A DNA stretch of 64,000 nt from Rhina ancylostomus (GCA_030265395.1 JARFYF010000112.1:74041428-74105427), one strand, 5' to 3'. Shown: positions 28,101-41,200, counted from the first letter of the stretch. The notes: generated by a model from the sequence alone, not told the origin. Program-made: numbers and translations.

Positions 28101-31100
28101 TCCAACCATACTCTGTTACAGATAATGAAGGCTTTATTCAATACCTTGTACCAACCCCACTAACCCCTATCCCAACCTCTTTTGCAATATGTCTTGTACG
28201 GAGCCAAGTATGGAAAATTACTGCTAGCCATCTTAACAGCCGCTAAAGTCATTCACCTCCCTGTTCACTAAAATAACTTTCTGTGCCAGACTACTGGCGA
28301 TTCCCCTCCTCCTGACTATACCACTGCTCCAATGAATAAAAAGAGAAGCATTGCAGTCAAGAGAAGCCTCACTTTCCTCAAATTTCCATGTCTGCATTCT
28401 TGCCACCCACTTGTGGTTTCTATACCACAGTAGGTCCTTAACCTACTGCCTAGCAAAGCCACCTTGTTATCAGCTCCATGCGAGGCAGACTACAGGAGTG
28501 CTCAGTCACCCCTTGTGATACATACACACAAACACAAGAAAATAGGAGCCACTCAGCCCCTCAAGCCTGACTTGCCATTCAGTATGAACATGGCTGACCA
28601 ATACTGGCCTCAACTCTTCTTCTATACCAAATCCCCAGAATCCTCAGTTCGATGATCTTTCAAATATTTATCTATCTCTACCTTAAATATATCTAATGAT
28701 CTGGCCTCACAATGCTCAGGGGCAGGGAATTCCAGAGTTTCACTGCCCTCTGTGAGAAGAAATTTCGATGCACCTCATTTTTAAATGACTAGACCCTTAT
28801 TTTGTAGCTATGTCCTCTTTGATCATGACTCTTCCACTAGTGGAAACATTTCAACCTCCACCCCGTCAAACCCCCTTAAGAACTTACATGTTTGAAATAT
28901 GTCAGCCCTCATTCCTCTAAACTCTAAGGAATAAAAACCCAAACTGTCTTGCCTCTCTTGATAGGACAACCCTCTCATCCTAGGAATTAGCCTGCTGAAA
29001 TTCCTTTAGGCTGCTTCCATTGTTATTAGGTAGATTTTTAGGTAATGGAACCAAAACTATGCACAGTATCCTAGGTGTGGCCTCACAAACACTTTGTACA
29101 AATGTAGCGAAAACTCCCTATTCTTAAACTCCAACCCCCTTGCACTAAAGGAGAACATGCCATTTGCCCTAACTATTTGTTAGACCTGCCTGCTAACTTT
29201 CTTTGATTCATACTCTGGAACACCTAGATCCCTCTGAACTTCACTCATCTGCGGTCTTTCTCCATTTAGACACTGGCAGCAAAAGATGAAGGCTCTTAGT
29301 CACCTGCTGCACCAAGCTAAAGGAGGGCAGGATTACGACTATAAAATTAACTGCTACCACAGCACAAGGACAAGTCTTGCTAAGATTATAGCCATGCTAA
29401 ATTTATCAAGGATCACCAGTTTTATTATTGCACCATTGTGGTTGTAAAGATACAAAATCCAAGCATGGAGATGAAAATCTATCCTTGGTACAGTGTGGTA
29501 GTGGGAGACCAATTCTTTAGGATCCGGCCATTTACAGGGAGTAGCTGTATTGCTACAAAATCCTGAGAATGGGGGCTGTAGGTGGAGAATTTAACATTGC
29601 TTACATTGGTGTAATACTAGGATAGGTTGAACAGGGTCTCTCTATATTGTTTAGGACCCAAGGAAACACAAAGGATTTCAATTTTTATACAAAGTTCAAG
29701 AGGTGTAATTGGGATGTCTATAATGATACATAGCCCATAGAGCTGAATAGTTGTTCGTAGTCTGGTAATTTGCATTATAAGTGTTGCTCTGGATATAACA
29801 ACTTCATACAGACCCTGTTTCCATCATTGTGGGTTTTTTAAGCCAACTCAGCCATATTAAATGTAACGGAAATGTATGTTTCAAAAAGGATTTTGAAATT
29901 AACAGTTTTCGATTTTGAACACCCATATAGCAGGAAAATATAACAGTGAATCAATGCAGTCATTCAGATGTGCTTACCAATTTCCTGGTAGTGTTGCCAT
30001 CAGTCTTTATAAAGGTATATTTATTCAGAATCATCAGCCGTCTGTAAAAAAATATAAAGTCAAGTTAAATCAAGGATACTTCACTATAAACTGAGATACA
30101 GCAATGGCTGCAGCTACACTCAAGAAGAGCCCAACTGCTAATTCTCTTTAAACTGGGACTCATTTTGCACAGCAAGGATAGAATGTCATTGAGAGCCACA
30201 GGAGTCAAATATTTCCAGCAAGATACCTCCCACCCTCTCCCACTTTCGCATTGTTCTGACTTTGCCGTGGTATATTTATTATTAAGAAACCTACTCTCCG
30301 TAGACATCAAAGAAGCCATCAGGACTCATTGAACAGTGATCAGAAATAAAAGGTGTACTGGGCTGAGAGGGCTGAGTCCAATTCTGTTCTTATAATTATC
30401 TCAGCCAAGATTAGATAACCCAGCACAGACCAAAGATCAAACCTCATATTTTCTTGCTCTGCGTCACTCATACATTTACTCTTTTAGTCATCAGAACCCA
30501 CAAGTCCTCTGAATACTCCTTCATGAGAATTGCATAAATTTGGCAGGTTTATTTTCAAAATATAATTCCTGGTGAATGACACATTTCCTATAAAAAACAC
30601 AGGATAAATTCAAAAATTAAATACCATGAATACTCCATGCTCCCAGAAAGAGAACATAAATTCTACTCATGGCTGTTTCTCATCCAGTTTCTATCTCTAT
30701 CGGTCTGCTACAATCTGTTCCTGATCCTGACTTTTCAAATAACCAACTTTATCAAACTAACCTACTGACAAATAGTGCTTACTGGATAACTGGTTGTTTA
30801 TTTATTTACTGCTAGTTTAGCTTATCTCCTCGGTCATACTTTTGATAGTGGAGGTTGAAGGAGGTGACTAAGTTCTTTGCAAACCTGCATAAAGCAAAAC
30901 CCAGCAAAGAGTTGTGAGGAATCCTGAGAGTTCAGAAGCTCACAATGGCTGACCTGCCTGTTAACTGATTATAAATTAAAACATTTAGAGAAACTGATTT
31001 TGACATAAGATGCTACTTTCAGGTTCAAAATGTCAAATGCAGAAAATACCAGAAATATTCAGTAGATCTGTGGATAAATGGGACTAGTAGACCCTCAGTT

Positions 31101-34100
31101 AGAAGTGAAGGGGGTACACACAAAATATTAATTCATCTGCTCTCTCCATAGATGGTGTCTCACCCACTGGGCATTTCCAGCAGTGCCCAATTCGCTGAGG
31201 AAACCTTAACGTAGCCCTTATTGCATGCAACTTATGGACCATTCGTACACAGGAGTGGGCCTTTGAGTCTCTAGAAAGAATCCCCCCATGGTTTGGCATT
31301 TTAGAAACACCTTATAAATAAAATGTACCAGAAATGTGAGTATATACTACATACAATGTCTTTACCATTTGAAGTGGTCATCAAATTGTGCTGAGCTCAC
31401 AAGCTAATGATCTGCCAGTGTTCAAATAGGGGAAGTGTCAGCTGAAAACACAATTGGCCAAGGGATTCTTTGGCATCTAATGTATGAGTGATCTTAAGCT
31501 CCTCTTAGCACTGATAATTAATTCAGTTCTTTGAAACACAAATGTGAAACAAGTGCTTCTGCACGTGATGCATGACAGCCATGTCTGTGGGCCAGGCAGC
31601 AGCCCCCAGTAACCATTTAATAGAAATGCGAGCTTATCAATGCACAAACATACTTAACTCCATGATCAAACATATTTCACTCCAAGTGCCTCACTAAGCC
31701 TATCAAAGTTAAATTTCGGCATACACCCTTGGCTGAGAGATGATGATAAGGGAATAGATATCATCATAAGTTTCATGCATCGGTGCTGGTGTGTTTTGAC
31801 CATTTTCCATTCGTCTTAGATCAGCCCCTGTTGGTAAAGGGTTGAAATTGAAAGGCTAACCATGAATAAACCTCAGAACACAAGATCGCTGCAAAGTGTA
31901 CGATACTGGATTTCAAAATAACTGACGCGAATCATTTGCTGACTACAAGAGGACAGAAATGCCTCATGACAAAACCACAGCATAAAGCAAGAAGTAGGTT
32001 TTGCTTAGATCAAGATGAAAATCTAGTCTTCTAAAACAAAAGTACACAGAAATACACCTTAATAATAAAAAATGCAAATTTTCCTGTCAAAAATGGAGAC
32101 ACGGTCTATGAGACACAGTGAATGAGATACAGCAATGAAATGCACACATGCCAATGCCTGTTACAATATGAAGAATTGAAATTTGAAAGCTAACAAATCA
32201 CTGCTGTCTAAAGACAAAGCAAAAAACTGCAGATCTTGAGAACCCAAAATAGAAAACAAAAGAAATGCTGGAATATGGTTAGCAGGTCAGGCAGCAATTG
32301 TGAGACAAGATACAGAGTCAACATCTTAGATCACTGATCTCCCATCTGATAGACTAGAACATGTGTCTGAACAGGATGATTTGTATCATTAGGCACTTAA
32401 GTAAATCTGGTTTTTACAGTCTAGCCATTAATCATCTCTTTGCCTCAGAGACAGAAAAGCTGAAATGGCTGAGAGCTTCAGGGATCACAAATGAGACAGC
32501 CTGACTTTCATTTCACTAAATTATTGAAAGAACTCAATTGCTGGTTTCATTACTGTATGTATCTGAGGTAATGATCAATTCATTATTTTACCCCCATTCT
32601 GACTATAATCACACCAAACACCATTTCATTTCTGCTTCAGTCAGGTCTCCAAGGTTCTGGCTGGAAGCAAGCAGGTGGTGTTTCATGAATATATTAAAAT
32701 CAGGAACCCATGATGTCATTACATGTGTACAAGTTTTAATGTGGTGGAACAGAAGCCCCTCTCGATTGGCTAAGTATAACCCCACAGGATTGGCTCCAGG
32801 TTCTGACTCACTAGCTCAACATGAATATTTGGCACAGAACACTTTAAAAATATTTACTGCCAGCCATAGTAGTGCTGCAGTGATTTCCTTCTCCTGCCAA
32901 AGACTGACCACATGGCAGAAGTCATTGACAGTAGGAAATCAAATCATCTGGGGCCTGATCACAGACAAACACTCGATAACTTGGTCCCAATTCACAATTA
33001 CTCCCCAACAACAATCACTGACAGTAATCCTCTAGTATTTGGAGTACTTGTAACCATTTATGGAACAACAGTTTCATTCAAGGAACATACAGATGTAATT
33101 TTGGATATACAAAATGTTCAAGAATAGTTGTATACGCAGAGGAGCCTCAAGCACCTCAGGTTCACCAATGAATATGCAAAAGTGCTTCTGCAATGAGTGA
33201 GGTAAAGGGAAGAGCTCAGTGTGGCATGTAGCAACAATAGCTCACATGCAAAACAATTCAGCAACAGTACAGGAAATGGTCAAGGCAGTCAAACACACCA
33301 CACAAAGCAATTCAGTGCAGGGGACAGAATCATGATCGTACCCACAACATGCATTAGGAGCTAACCACACCTTCCACAGTACCCCTGGATATGTATATTT
33401 GATAATTAGTAACTTCCCCTTGCATTCTGTTAAAGTGCTGACCAACAATGCCAAAGGGGTCTTTACTTTCATTTTATGTTGAATCATCCCACTAAAAGTC
33501 TCACTTAAAAGCTGACTGCTCAGGGCATGCATTCCACCACATTTTGATGAAATCAGAGTGAAAGTTTGGGGTAACTAAAGGTCATTCTCGCTTCATGTGT
33601 ATTCTTTGAAGCAGAAGGCAAGTTTTGGCACCAGAAAGCAAACAAAACCTTAGCCTTCGCGCTCCCCGAGAGGAGGAAGCTTTGCTGATATTGAGGAAGG
33701 AGGCCATGTACAGCAGCAGAGATGAGGAAGTTTGAGAGCAGCTGCAGTTACAAATTCCTGATTACATTTTGGACTATTTCCATGGCACCCACATTGTCAG
33801 CAAATTCTAACATGAAACCACCTCAAACTCACCACAGTTGCTGAAAGTCACATGTAAATTCCATTCCTCCACCACCTGCTCCAATGTCTCTTCCTCTTTT
33901 CCTCCTCCAGAAATATCAGAAGAGGAAGAAATATCTGACCCACCTATACTTCATGGCATGCAACTTCAATACCTCCATAGCACCAGTCCAAATCTACACC
34001 AGAGAAATGGCTCTAGATGTTGAACAAATAAACAAGAGCATAAGGCTGAAGATGTTGATGACACAAGGTCATCCAATGGCTAAAAATCCCATTGGACATG

Positions 34101-37100
34101 CTTTCAAAAGGAGGAAGTTTCAAGTTTATGTGAACAATATGGTGCAGATGGGTCCACCACTTTCTCCCCAACAACAATCACTGACAGTAATCCTCTATTA
34201 TTTGGAGTACTTGTAACCATTTGTGGAACAACAGTTTCATTTAAGGAGCACACAGATGTAATTTTGGATATACAAAATGTTCAAGAATAGTTGCATGTGG
34301 AAGATTCTGATGAATGTTACCCAATATGTATGGGAATACCAGAGCTATTTGCAGCAGAGGCCACTACAAGAGTGCCCTAAAGACAACCTGTGCATCAATC
34401 ACACTTGCTCTGATACTGATGCCAATCACTTGACTGACCTAGACCTACACATGCAATTGGTGATTGAAGAAAAGTAATCCATTGTTGTCTATCAGTGATT
34501 CAAATATAGCCTACCTCACAATCTAAGCAAGCCGGCTCACTATTAGCCACTAGTGATCCAAGCTAACTGCCTTCATGACCAAATGAAGGGTCAAGGGCCC
34601 AGAAATTCTTCTGCCTTAAGCAATGCTACACTGGGAATGCATGCCAGATTCATTCCAGGACACAGGGATCATTAGAATTATGAATCCTAGGTTTTCTGCA
34701 CACAATTGTGTGCCAGTCCTAAAGTCACACACAAAGAGGAAAACTTTTGATTGCATGACTTCCCAGGATGGTAGGAGTTCTCAATGAAGATAATTCCGTA
34801 GCAACTTTAGGGCTGGTTTTCCCTTGAGTGGTGGGTGGTTGACAGGGATGGGCATCACACATCTCTTAATAGCTAATGGGATATAGTCCCACTGAGCAGG
34901 AAATATCATCATTGGAGGTCATCCACCCAATCAATGAAGAATATTTTAGCCTGACAATGGATGTGATTGGGCCATTTGCAATGTGTCCAGGTGTTGGTTC
35001 ACCAAGAGACTTCTGACACTGACTCACGTGGAGATTGTCTCTCTAACTAATGCAGAGGCAAACCTGCATACTCTAGCTCATTCCATTCACAAGGTATGTA
35101 TTGGTATAAGAATATCACAATAGAGACATCAACCATGCACTGCACACCGGAAGGCTCTACACTTAAGTGCGTCATTTGTGAACAGTGCCAAACTACGATC
35201 TTCCAAATCCAAAAGGTATTGTCAATTATATTTAGCAAAGAATTTTCATATAAAAGACCATGGCATATGACATAATAATGTGGCACTACTCTACAGAATT
35301 TCTAGCCAGAAATCTTTAAAAAAAAAAGGGAGAAGTGAAGAACACAATTACAAAGGCTCACAACAGTTACCTGCACACAGATTTCAAAGAATCCTTGTCG
35401 AGAAAATCATGATCGTTCTTGACAGCTGTGATGTCAATGGGAAACTGGGAGTCTGAAAAATAAGGGAAAAAATTTCATTTATCTATCTGTACCTGGTCTA
35501 CTCCCTCGGCCTGGTTATAGTGAACTAAATCTGCCTGCCCTTTGCTGAAAATTATTCAATCATATCTGGATCTCCATGTATCTTTCAAAAGATAACTTCC
35601 TTAAGGAATATCCAACCATCTTTCCTTTCACTCATCAGATTCTGCCTGATCCATTGACTGTTTCCAACATTTTGTCCCTTCTTCAGGTGCTGAAACACAC
35701 TGGGGTACAATTTCCAGATTCTCCCAGATGAAGAAGTGACCATTTTTCCACATCTAAGTGTCAACAAAGCTGACCGTTTCCTAAAGACATCCTTTGTGGT
35801 CAGTGTTCTAAATATTTTCATCAATGGTCAGGAAACAAAGTACACCATACAAATGGATGCATTTGTACCAGATGAGGGGAAAAGTCAGGGAAGGACCTCC
35901 AGTGAATGTCAGCAGGAAAAAATGCACGACAAAACTCCACTCTCCCCTACCATGTGTTGAGCCAATCAGATAATGAGGGAGAACTACACTATTCTCATAG
36001 TGCTTCAGCTAGATTCTCGGGATCAGTTGGTTATACAACTGTCATCAAAAATCTGAAGAGTTGTAAATGCAGCAAGTAAAATTAAAGAATTGTAACTACA
36101 TTGGTGTCACGGAAATCATTTAAATAGGACCAGTCTTGTTTTGTGCAATGCAGATTAAAAGGGACTGTCTAGGGCAGTTAGTGTCTCAGCATGCATTGAT
36201 GAAGTGAGGGAACAGCATGAGCACTGAGCAGCAGTCTCAGAAAAGAACTCCAGACGATGAAGGTTGCTTTGTATGGCAGTGAATAACGTCTGAGGAAAAC
36301 CAAAGGCCAACATAAGCACAACATAATTTCTGGGCTTTCAATTCCCCCAAACGTGAATGAAACCCAGTTCAAACAGAGATTTAACAAGTACCACACAGCA
36401 AAGTCAGGCAGCAATGAGTGGGAATTTTTTTGGGATGGAAGTAATTTTCCCCAAAGGGAGCAACAACATGTGCTTTCATTGAGGGGCAAGTTATTAGCCT
36501 GAGGGTGAAAGTTGATTAACAGAGAGGAGATTTGGCCAAAGATCATTTCCCAGTATGCTTTACTTCCAGTAATTGTTCCCTGCCGACCTTCCCAGGGTCA
36601 TTTGAAGTTACTGTCAAACCTTTATTGCACTTTAAATGTTTGCTTTAATTAAATATATAACATGCTCACAAAGGTTTTGAATAGAATTTTAAAACAGGAA
36701 GCTCCATTATAATAGATAATAAATATTTAAAACAAAAGTAGCTGTTGAAGTTAACCATTTGTGAACTCAGTTAACTCTGATTTATAAGATCTGAAAATAG
36801 ACAGCAGGCACAATGTGACTTTCAGGGATCTCTGTGCCACAATACATTGGTGCAGGAATTTCAATATACTAGATGAAGCAAAGAGGCACTTTTTTTTAAA
36901 TTGATACTGCATTCTAGCCAGTTCCAGCTTACTTTTACCTCCACCTATATCTCTTAAAGGGCAGGTGAACGCTGGCTGCAAATGAGGTAGTTCTTCTGAA
37001 GACAATGAGGACTGCAAGAATCACAAACAGTGGCTCTAGAGCACCTGCTGACACCTTGGAGGCCTGGTTAACGTGTTAGAAGATGAGGATCTAGATCTGC

Positions 37101-38267
37101 AACCCAGGTAGCAGAATGGCCTATAGAAAATACCACACTCACTAAAGATGGTTGCAGAATTCAATGCAAGGAGCTTAGCATTCAGGATATGGCCGTGACA
37201 CCAATCAATTTTTTGGGTTACAATGGACACCAGGGAGATACCAGAGGTTGCAACAGGTCAACTAAGTGTCCACATTCAAGAAGGATGACAAAACAAATTG
37301 GTAACTGCAGATCCATTAGTCTAAACCATATCCCACTTTAAGTAATTGAATTGATTATTGAGAGTAAATGATCTGTACAATAACTCTCCATGAATAACAC
37401 CAAAATTGATCTGGGGGGGAATGACCCTGCCTTCCACAACTTCTGAGTTATCTGTGAGAAGTCCCATGATAACTTCTGTGAAGTTATCTGTGAGAAGTCC
37501 CATGAGAGGCTAAACTGAGATTTACAGCTGGCCTTTTGCAAGAATGCATGTCAAGCCTATCACAGGAAATTTCCCCCAAACTGCCAATTTTAACAGGAGA
37601 ATAACAAAAAGCACATTTTTTAATCTATCTGGGATTTCTGTAGATTTTCCAGCTGAGTCTTCAAATCATTCAAGAACCAACTGGCTGCTAAAATGAGGAG
37701 GAGATAAGATGGAATTTCTGGGTTAGGATCTCTATGGGAAGGAGAATTAAGATGGGCAAAATGATCTTCCACATCCTTAAGTAACTAGTGAGCTTATGAA
37801 CTAGCAAATTCAAATGAATTCATTCACTTAATGGACTTGGGCTTTGCCAGTCTCTTATTGCCCGTCTCTTATTGCCCATGGGAAAGTAGTGGTGAGCTGG
37901 TTTAGACCAACAGCTCCCAGGCCACAAGGACTGTAATGTTACACTTCAGAAGTATTCTCATGGGCAAATATGAGAAGCACAACTGGAGGGAAAAGGAAGA
38001 GACACACAGACTGTTTCTGATTTGGGGGAACAACATCAAACATCCTGGAATAACAGGTGCACTATTGTCATCAGGTAAGTTTATATGTGGTAACTTTAAA
38101 ACAAATTTCTGTCTCATGGTCATGGTTTCCCATTTGTCCTCTCCCTTTCAGAAACCAAATCAAACAAATAAATAAGGAATTAAGACAACACCCACCTTCA
38201 TAGAGCTGTGCATACTGAGGAAATCCTGCTGCCCGCAGCCAATCACATGCATCCTTAGCTTCCTGCT
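7037..38267 (-). CDS. STARD8: StAR-related lipid transfer domain protein 8 / DLC3-like RhoGAP (SAM-RhoGAP-START); 13 coding exons, first coding exon not fixed
   Basis: Exons 38196-38267, 35371-35452, 29978-30041, 26608-27929, 23297-23470, 20613-20772, 19163-19361, 17880-18090, 16535-16649, 14406-14627, 11416-11633, 8205-8381 and 7037-7133 all have AG acceptors (GT donors except the terminal exon) and join in frame. Residues recalled as STARD8-type rather than DLC1/STARD13: RKLRWHSFQNSHRPSLNS, DYRGKNVFGVPP, QAMRYLRSQC, VGIFRKSG, DLLKQYFRDLPEPIFTSKLT, YFLSDIAS..NQMTAGNLAV, WYNKV. Confidence 0.9.
8205..8381 (-). CDS. STARD8: STARD8 exon, START domain (TWRADLLK...EPCGSGRSRLTYISRTDLR)
   Basis: 177 bp; gtttcag|G...AG|gtatg. 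Confidence 0.95.
8940..9930 (+). mobile_element. Degraded CR1-type LINE fragment
   Basis: SGVSQGSV, IHINDL, KFAEFAKLGG (KFADDTKLGG-like), followed by CR1 C-terminal region. Confidence 0.75.
11416..11633 (-). CDS. STARD8: STARD8 exon, START domain (VGDGYPIRLWK...RERHLWD...RDFVVLR)
   Basis: 218 bp; ctggtag|GTT...AG|gtatg. Confidence 0.95.
14030..14130 (-). repeat. Penelope-associated short repeat with minimal hammerhead-like motif
   Basis: Minus strand cagtt-CTGATGA-aaggttccagagcat-GAA-tgtt-aactg. Confidence 0.65.
14406..14627 (-). CDS. STARD8: STARD8 exon, start of START domain (IPHDIMVQSRNSY...EKFKGW...ELSYKK)
   Basis: 222 bp; ttcattag|ATC...AAG|gtatt. Confidence 0.95.
14945..15140. repeat. 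Fold-back (inverted) pair of the Penelope-associated short repeat
   Basis: cagaaagtgctg..agcaggtcaggcag.. followed by ..tgctgcctaatctgct..ttctgtttt. Confidence 0.6.
15290..15970 (+). mobile_element. Degraded CR1-type LINE RT fragment
   Basis: ENYRPVILAS, GVPQ, KFPDDT motifs. Confidence 0.7.
15973..16200 (-). repeat. Penelope-associated terminal repeat inserted at the end of a CR1 fragment
   Basis: gacacaagagaatgcagatgctgga..ggaggaactcagc; same family as 702-740, 2383-2450, 46345-46425. Confidence 0.6.
16535..16649 (-). CDS. STARD8: STARD8 exon, end of RhoGAP (MIRRRGVLSKPDQRDLSENLAATKGLGHMITECKKLFQ)
   Basis: 115 bp; ttctag|G...CAG|gtac; absent from ORF track. Confidence 0.93.
17880..18090 (-). 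CDS. STARD8: STARD8 exon, RhoGAP domain (YVPMDQRLQAVQ...NLAVCLAPSLF...SSPR)
   Basis: 211 bp; catcag|AT...AG|gtgagc. Confidence 0.95.
19163..19361 (-). CDS. STARD8: STARD8 exon, RhoGAP domain with arginine finger (VGIFRKSG...FLQIYQ)
   Basis: 199 bp; acacag|GTT...CAGT|gtgagt; catalytic Arg codon at 19347-19349. Confidence 0.95.
20613..20772 (-). CDS. STARD8: STARD8 exon, start of RhoGAP domain (GVPKFMKR...LRSQCMGQ)
   Basis: 160 bp; cctgtag|G...CAG|gtgtgt. Confidence 0.95.
22765..23092 (-). mobile_element. HE1-type V-SINE (tRNA-derived head, CR1-like tail)
   Basis: Minus strand ggtggcacagc..gcctcacaactccagtgacctgggttcagtcc..tgttctccctgtgaccatgcgggtttcc..cagtccaaagacatgc; A/B boxes and V-domain. 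Confidence 0.8.
23297..23470 (-). CDS. STARD8: STARD8 exon (RKLRWHSFQNSHRP...LLRLTAIMEKYTVRSKQGWNW)
   Basis: 174 bp; ttccttag|G...TG|gtcagt. Confidence 0.95.
24960..25170 (-). mobile_element. CR1/HE1 3' tail fragment
   Basis: catagagtcatactacacagaaacaggtccttcagcccatc, reverse of the shared elasmobranch CR1/SINE tail. Confidence 0.65.
26608..27929 (-). CDS. STARD8: STARD8 large serine-rich linker exon (focal-adhesion targeting region)
   Basis: 1322 bp; starts DDDSDEDVCAISDRWAFQRESRRWSR; contains GTFPKALSIESLCP, SFYDNVP, LDDVLKHV, RDRRDSGVGASLTRP; overlaps ORF 26604..27830. Confidence 0.95.
28520..29270 (-). mobile_element. CR1-type LINE 3' end
   Basis: Typical 3' tail (aaataggagcc..cagcccctcaagcctg..ccattc) followed by ORF2 C-terminal sequence (LVRPHLGYCA.FWF). 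Confidence 0.8.
29978..30041 (-). CDS. STARD8: STARD8 exon, end of SAM domain (RLMILNKYTFIKTDGNTTRKL)
   Basis: 64 bp; ttttacag|A...TTG|gtaagc; corresponds to the RLNTLNKCA exon of DLC genes; phase 2 to 0. Confidence 0.88.
33001..34293 (+). repeat. 130-bp direct repeat pair (33001-33130 and 34164-34293)
   Basis: 5 mismatches in 130 bp by manual alignment. Confidence 0.95.
35371..35452 (-). CDS. STARD8: STARD8 exon, SAM domain part 2 (DSQFPIDITAVKNDHDFLDKDSLKSVCR)
   Basis: 82 bp; tttttcag|AC...AG|gtaac; phase 1 to 2. Confidence 0.95.
38196..38267 (-). CDS. STARD8: STARD8 exon, SAM domain part 1 ((E)QEAKDACDWLRAAGFPQYAQLYE)
   Basis: 72 bp; ttgttatag|AG...GAAG|gtggg; classic DLC SAM motif; absent from ORF track. 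Confidence 0.95.
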
Positions 38268-41200
38268 CTATAACAAAAAGAATTCAGTAAATTAACTCTT
38301 GGAATGCCAAACAGCTTCAAGTTGCACTTTACAGTATCAAAACAGAAAAACAAAATATACAAAGTTTTTTTTTACAAAGGTGTGAGAGTCTACTGTACAG
38401 ATTCAGATCAATTGGCCTAACTCATCCTTAGCTCCACATAATCTTCTCCCCACCTCTCTTCATCTATCTTCATCAGAATACTCCCATTTTCCTTTTCCCC
38501 AATGTTTACAGCTTCTCTTTAAATTCCATAACCTTGGTGCCATATACTCTTTGCGGTCTTGCATTTCTCAGTGTTCTTCCTCATGCCCTTAAAATCATCA
38601 CAATATTTTCACTCTTTTCTTGGGATAAGAGCAGGTTAGAACTCCTTTCCTCTCTAATGCTTTTCTTTATGAAAGTTTATAATGTTTTAAAACCAAAACT
38701 TCCTGATTTCTCTTCTCTCCTCATTTTATCACTGTGTCTGGCTGTACACTGTTTGCAACTTCCCCATTAGTTCTTCAATTTACCTTTGCAGCAGAAGGAA
38801 AAAATGCTCTCAACGTGAACAAATTTACTATAATGGAGTAAGGATGATTGGACCTACTGATTGTTCTTGTCACGCATAAAAATTTGCTAAGGCTTATAAG
38901 CTATGGAGATACTAGTGTCTGCACAATGTCATGCAGACAGAGATACAACCATCATAACATGCAGAACGCACAGAAGCCTTATATATAGCACAGGAGGATA
39001 TACCACAATCAAGCCAATGATTTACCACAAAAGGCAATGATTTTTTTTTACATTTTCCCAGTTTCTGCTCTTCTTCTGAAGATGCTGGATGCAATTCCAA
39101 GATACTAGTCCATCCCCAGCATAAGCTCATGGACAGTCACAGAACGTGCAACCATTGAAGGACAACCACAAACTTTCACTTCTCCTAAAGTGCATGGAAT
39201 TGAGAGTTACAATTGATTTTTCTTTCAGCTTACAGAAATTACAGCACAGTGAAAACAACAGAGGCATGAAGTGTGACAGCACAGTAATAAATTTAGACAG
39301 ACAGGGAGATTAGGATCATGCCACAATGAAAACCAGTGCCCAGGATTACAGCACAGGGAGGTACAAGGATACAGGGCTGTGGCAACAAGATTAAAAAACA
39401 ATGAAGAATTAGAGAAAAGATGAGTTTAAAAAAAACATTGATGACACATATTACCAGATTTAGGGGTGATAAAATATAGCAAGGAGTACAGGAACAGTAC
39501 TAATGTTTTGTCTTTAAGAATCTGCCACCATTCAGAAGGATTAATCAATAGGAAGTAAGAGACTCATCTCACCAGAGGTCACAGTCCAGACCTGCAGTAT
39601 TAAAACAAAATTGTTCAGGCGGTACCCAGCCAACACCATTCCTATGACACCTTACCTAACCTTCCTCCACATTTAGATTTCATACCACCAAGGTGAAGGA
39701 AGTTGTTCAAAATTATCAGCATAACTAACAGAAGCCCTGGAGCATAAAATGATAGTTGCAGCTATATGCTTTCAATTTTATTACAAATCTGATGGAACTC
39801 AAGTGCATAATTTGTAATATTGTCCATATCCAACATCTCATCTTTACAAAAAGCTATATTAAACCTTGGTGGACTGATTTTTGTTCCACTGAGGGATTAG
39901 TTTCATGTTTCAGAACACACTTTAACCATGTGATAAAGTAAAAATTCTGACAGGCTTATTTTAAGGTAGCTATTGAATGGGTTTCTCAGTTAAAAGTAAC
40001 CGGCCATTGCACTCACTGCTAAAGCCATTACTTTAATATGATCTCAGTTTGCGTCATGTACTTAACACTGGGACCAGTTGCCTCTCCAATTCATCTGCTT
40101 TATTAACTAACACGAGTTCAGTAAATGTCTCCCATGCCACACAAATGGTATTTCCTAGATCTTTTTTTTAAATACTTCCACTCTGTAACCTACTAAAATA
40201 TGCGGCAGGGTCAGATGCATAATTGACGGTCGGGGTGGACATGATGGGCCAGAAGGCTTGTTTCAGTGCTGTATGACTCACTAAATTGAGGAGTTAGGAA
40301 GTCATCCTGTAACGTATTCCAACCACAGATATTTCTAAGGAGACAGGTAACCGGATACACAAAATTGAGAGAGCTCAAAATAGAATATTTTCCCATTTGT
40401 TAAGAATTCATACTACTGAGGACACAGCTAATATAAATAAATGGCATCAACTAGATGGCATTTTATTAAAGGAAACATAGGTTTCTCTTGGCAAGGATTC
40501 GGTGGAAAGGGGATTCACTGCATTACATGTGGAATTTGGAAAAACTAACAGTTTACCTCATCCAGCCAAGAAAGCAGTCATTCATCCAATTCCTTTCCCC
40601 TTCTCAGTGCACAAGTACACTCAACTGTTGCCAGGCAAATAATGATGTAAAAGGTTACAATTCCCAATAACTACCCAGGATGAGGCCTCTACAAATGCAG
40701 AAGGAAATGTGCTTCTTGCTTCACATTAGCAATAAAAATATGCAATATGTATATTCACCATTATTGCACCAGCTTAACTGCACACAGGTTTGGCAGTATC
40801 AAAGCCCTCTCTAAATTTTGGTTCATCTCATCTCTGCTAATTTTATCAGTGTCTATTTTATTGTACAGCTTCTGAAACAAAAGCTTTATTTCAATGAGGG
40901 ACCAAATATCTTGGAGTCATTTCAAGACCAATTCCCAAATCTTCAGCCTTCAACTTGTAAATTTTGGTCGCAAATTAGGAAATGGCTCTTCTAATCTGTT
41001 ACAAATGGTCCATTCTCTCTTCATTTTGTGCGCAGGGTGGCAGAACAGTCATCTTTCACCAGGAAGTTTTCCACAATTAGATCTTTTGGAAGACTGAATG
41101 CTCAGCATGCAGAATACAGCCACCATCAAAGAGACTCTCACAGAAGAATAATGGAGAGGTTCTTCTTGGTGATCCAGGCACCAGAAGCAACCATTCGACG

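Noticed and set aside
7037-38267. Calling the gene STARD13 or DLC1
   Set aside because: SAM and START regions resemble STARD13, but recalled diagnostic RhoGAP-region and C-terminal residues favour STARD8; phylogeny and synteny are needed for certainty
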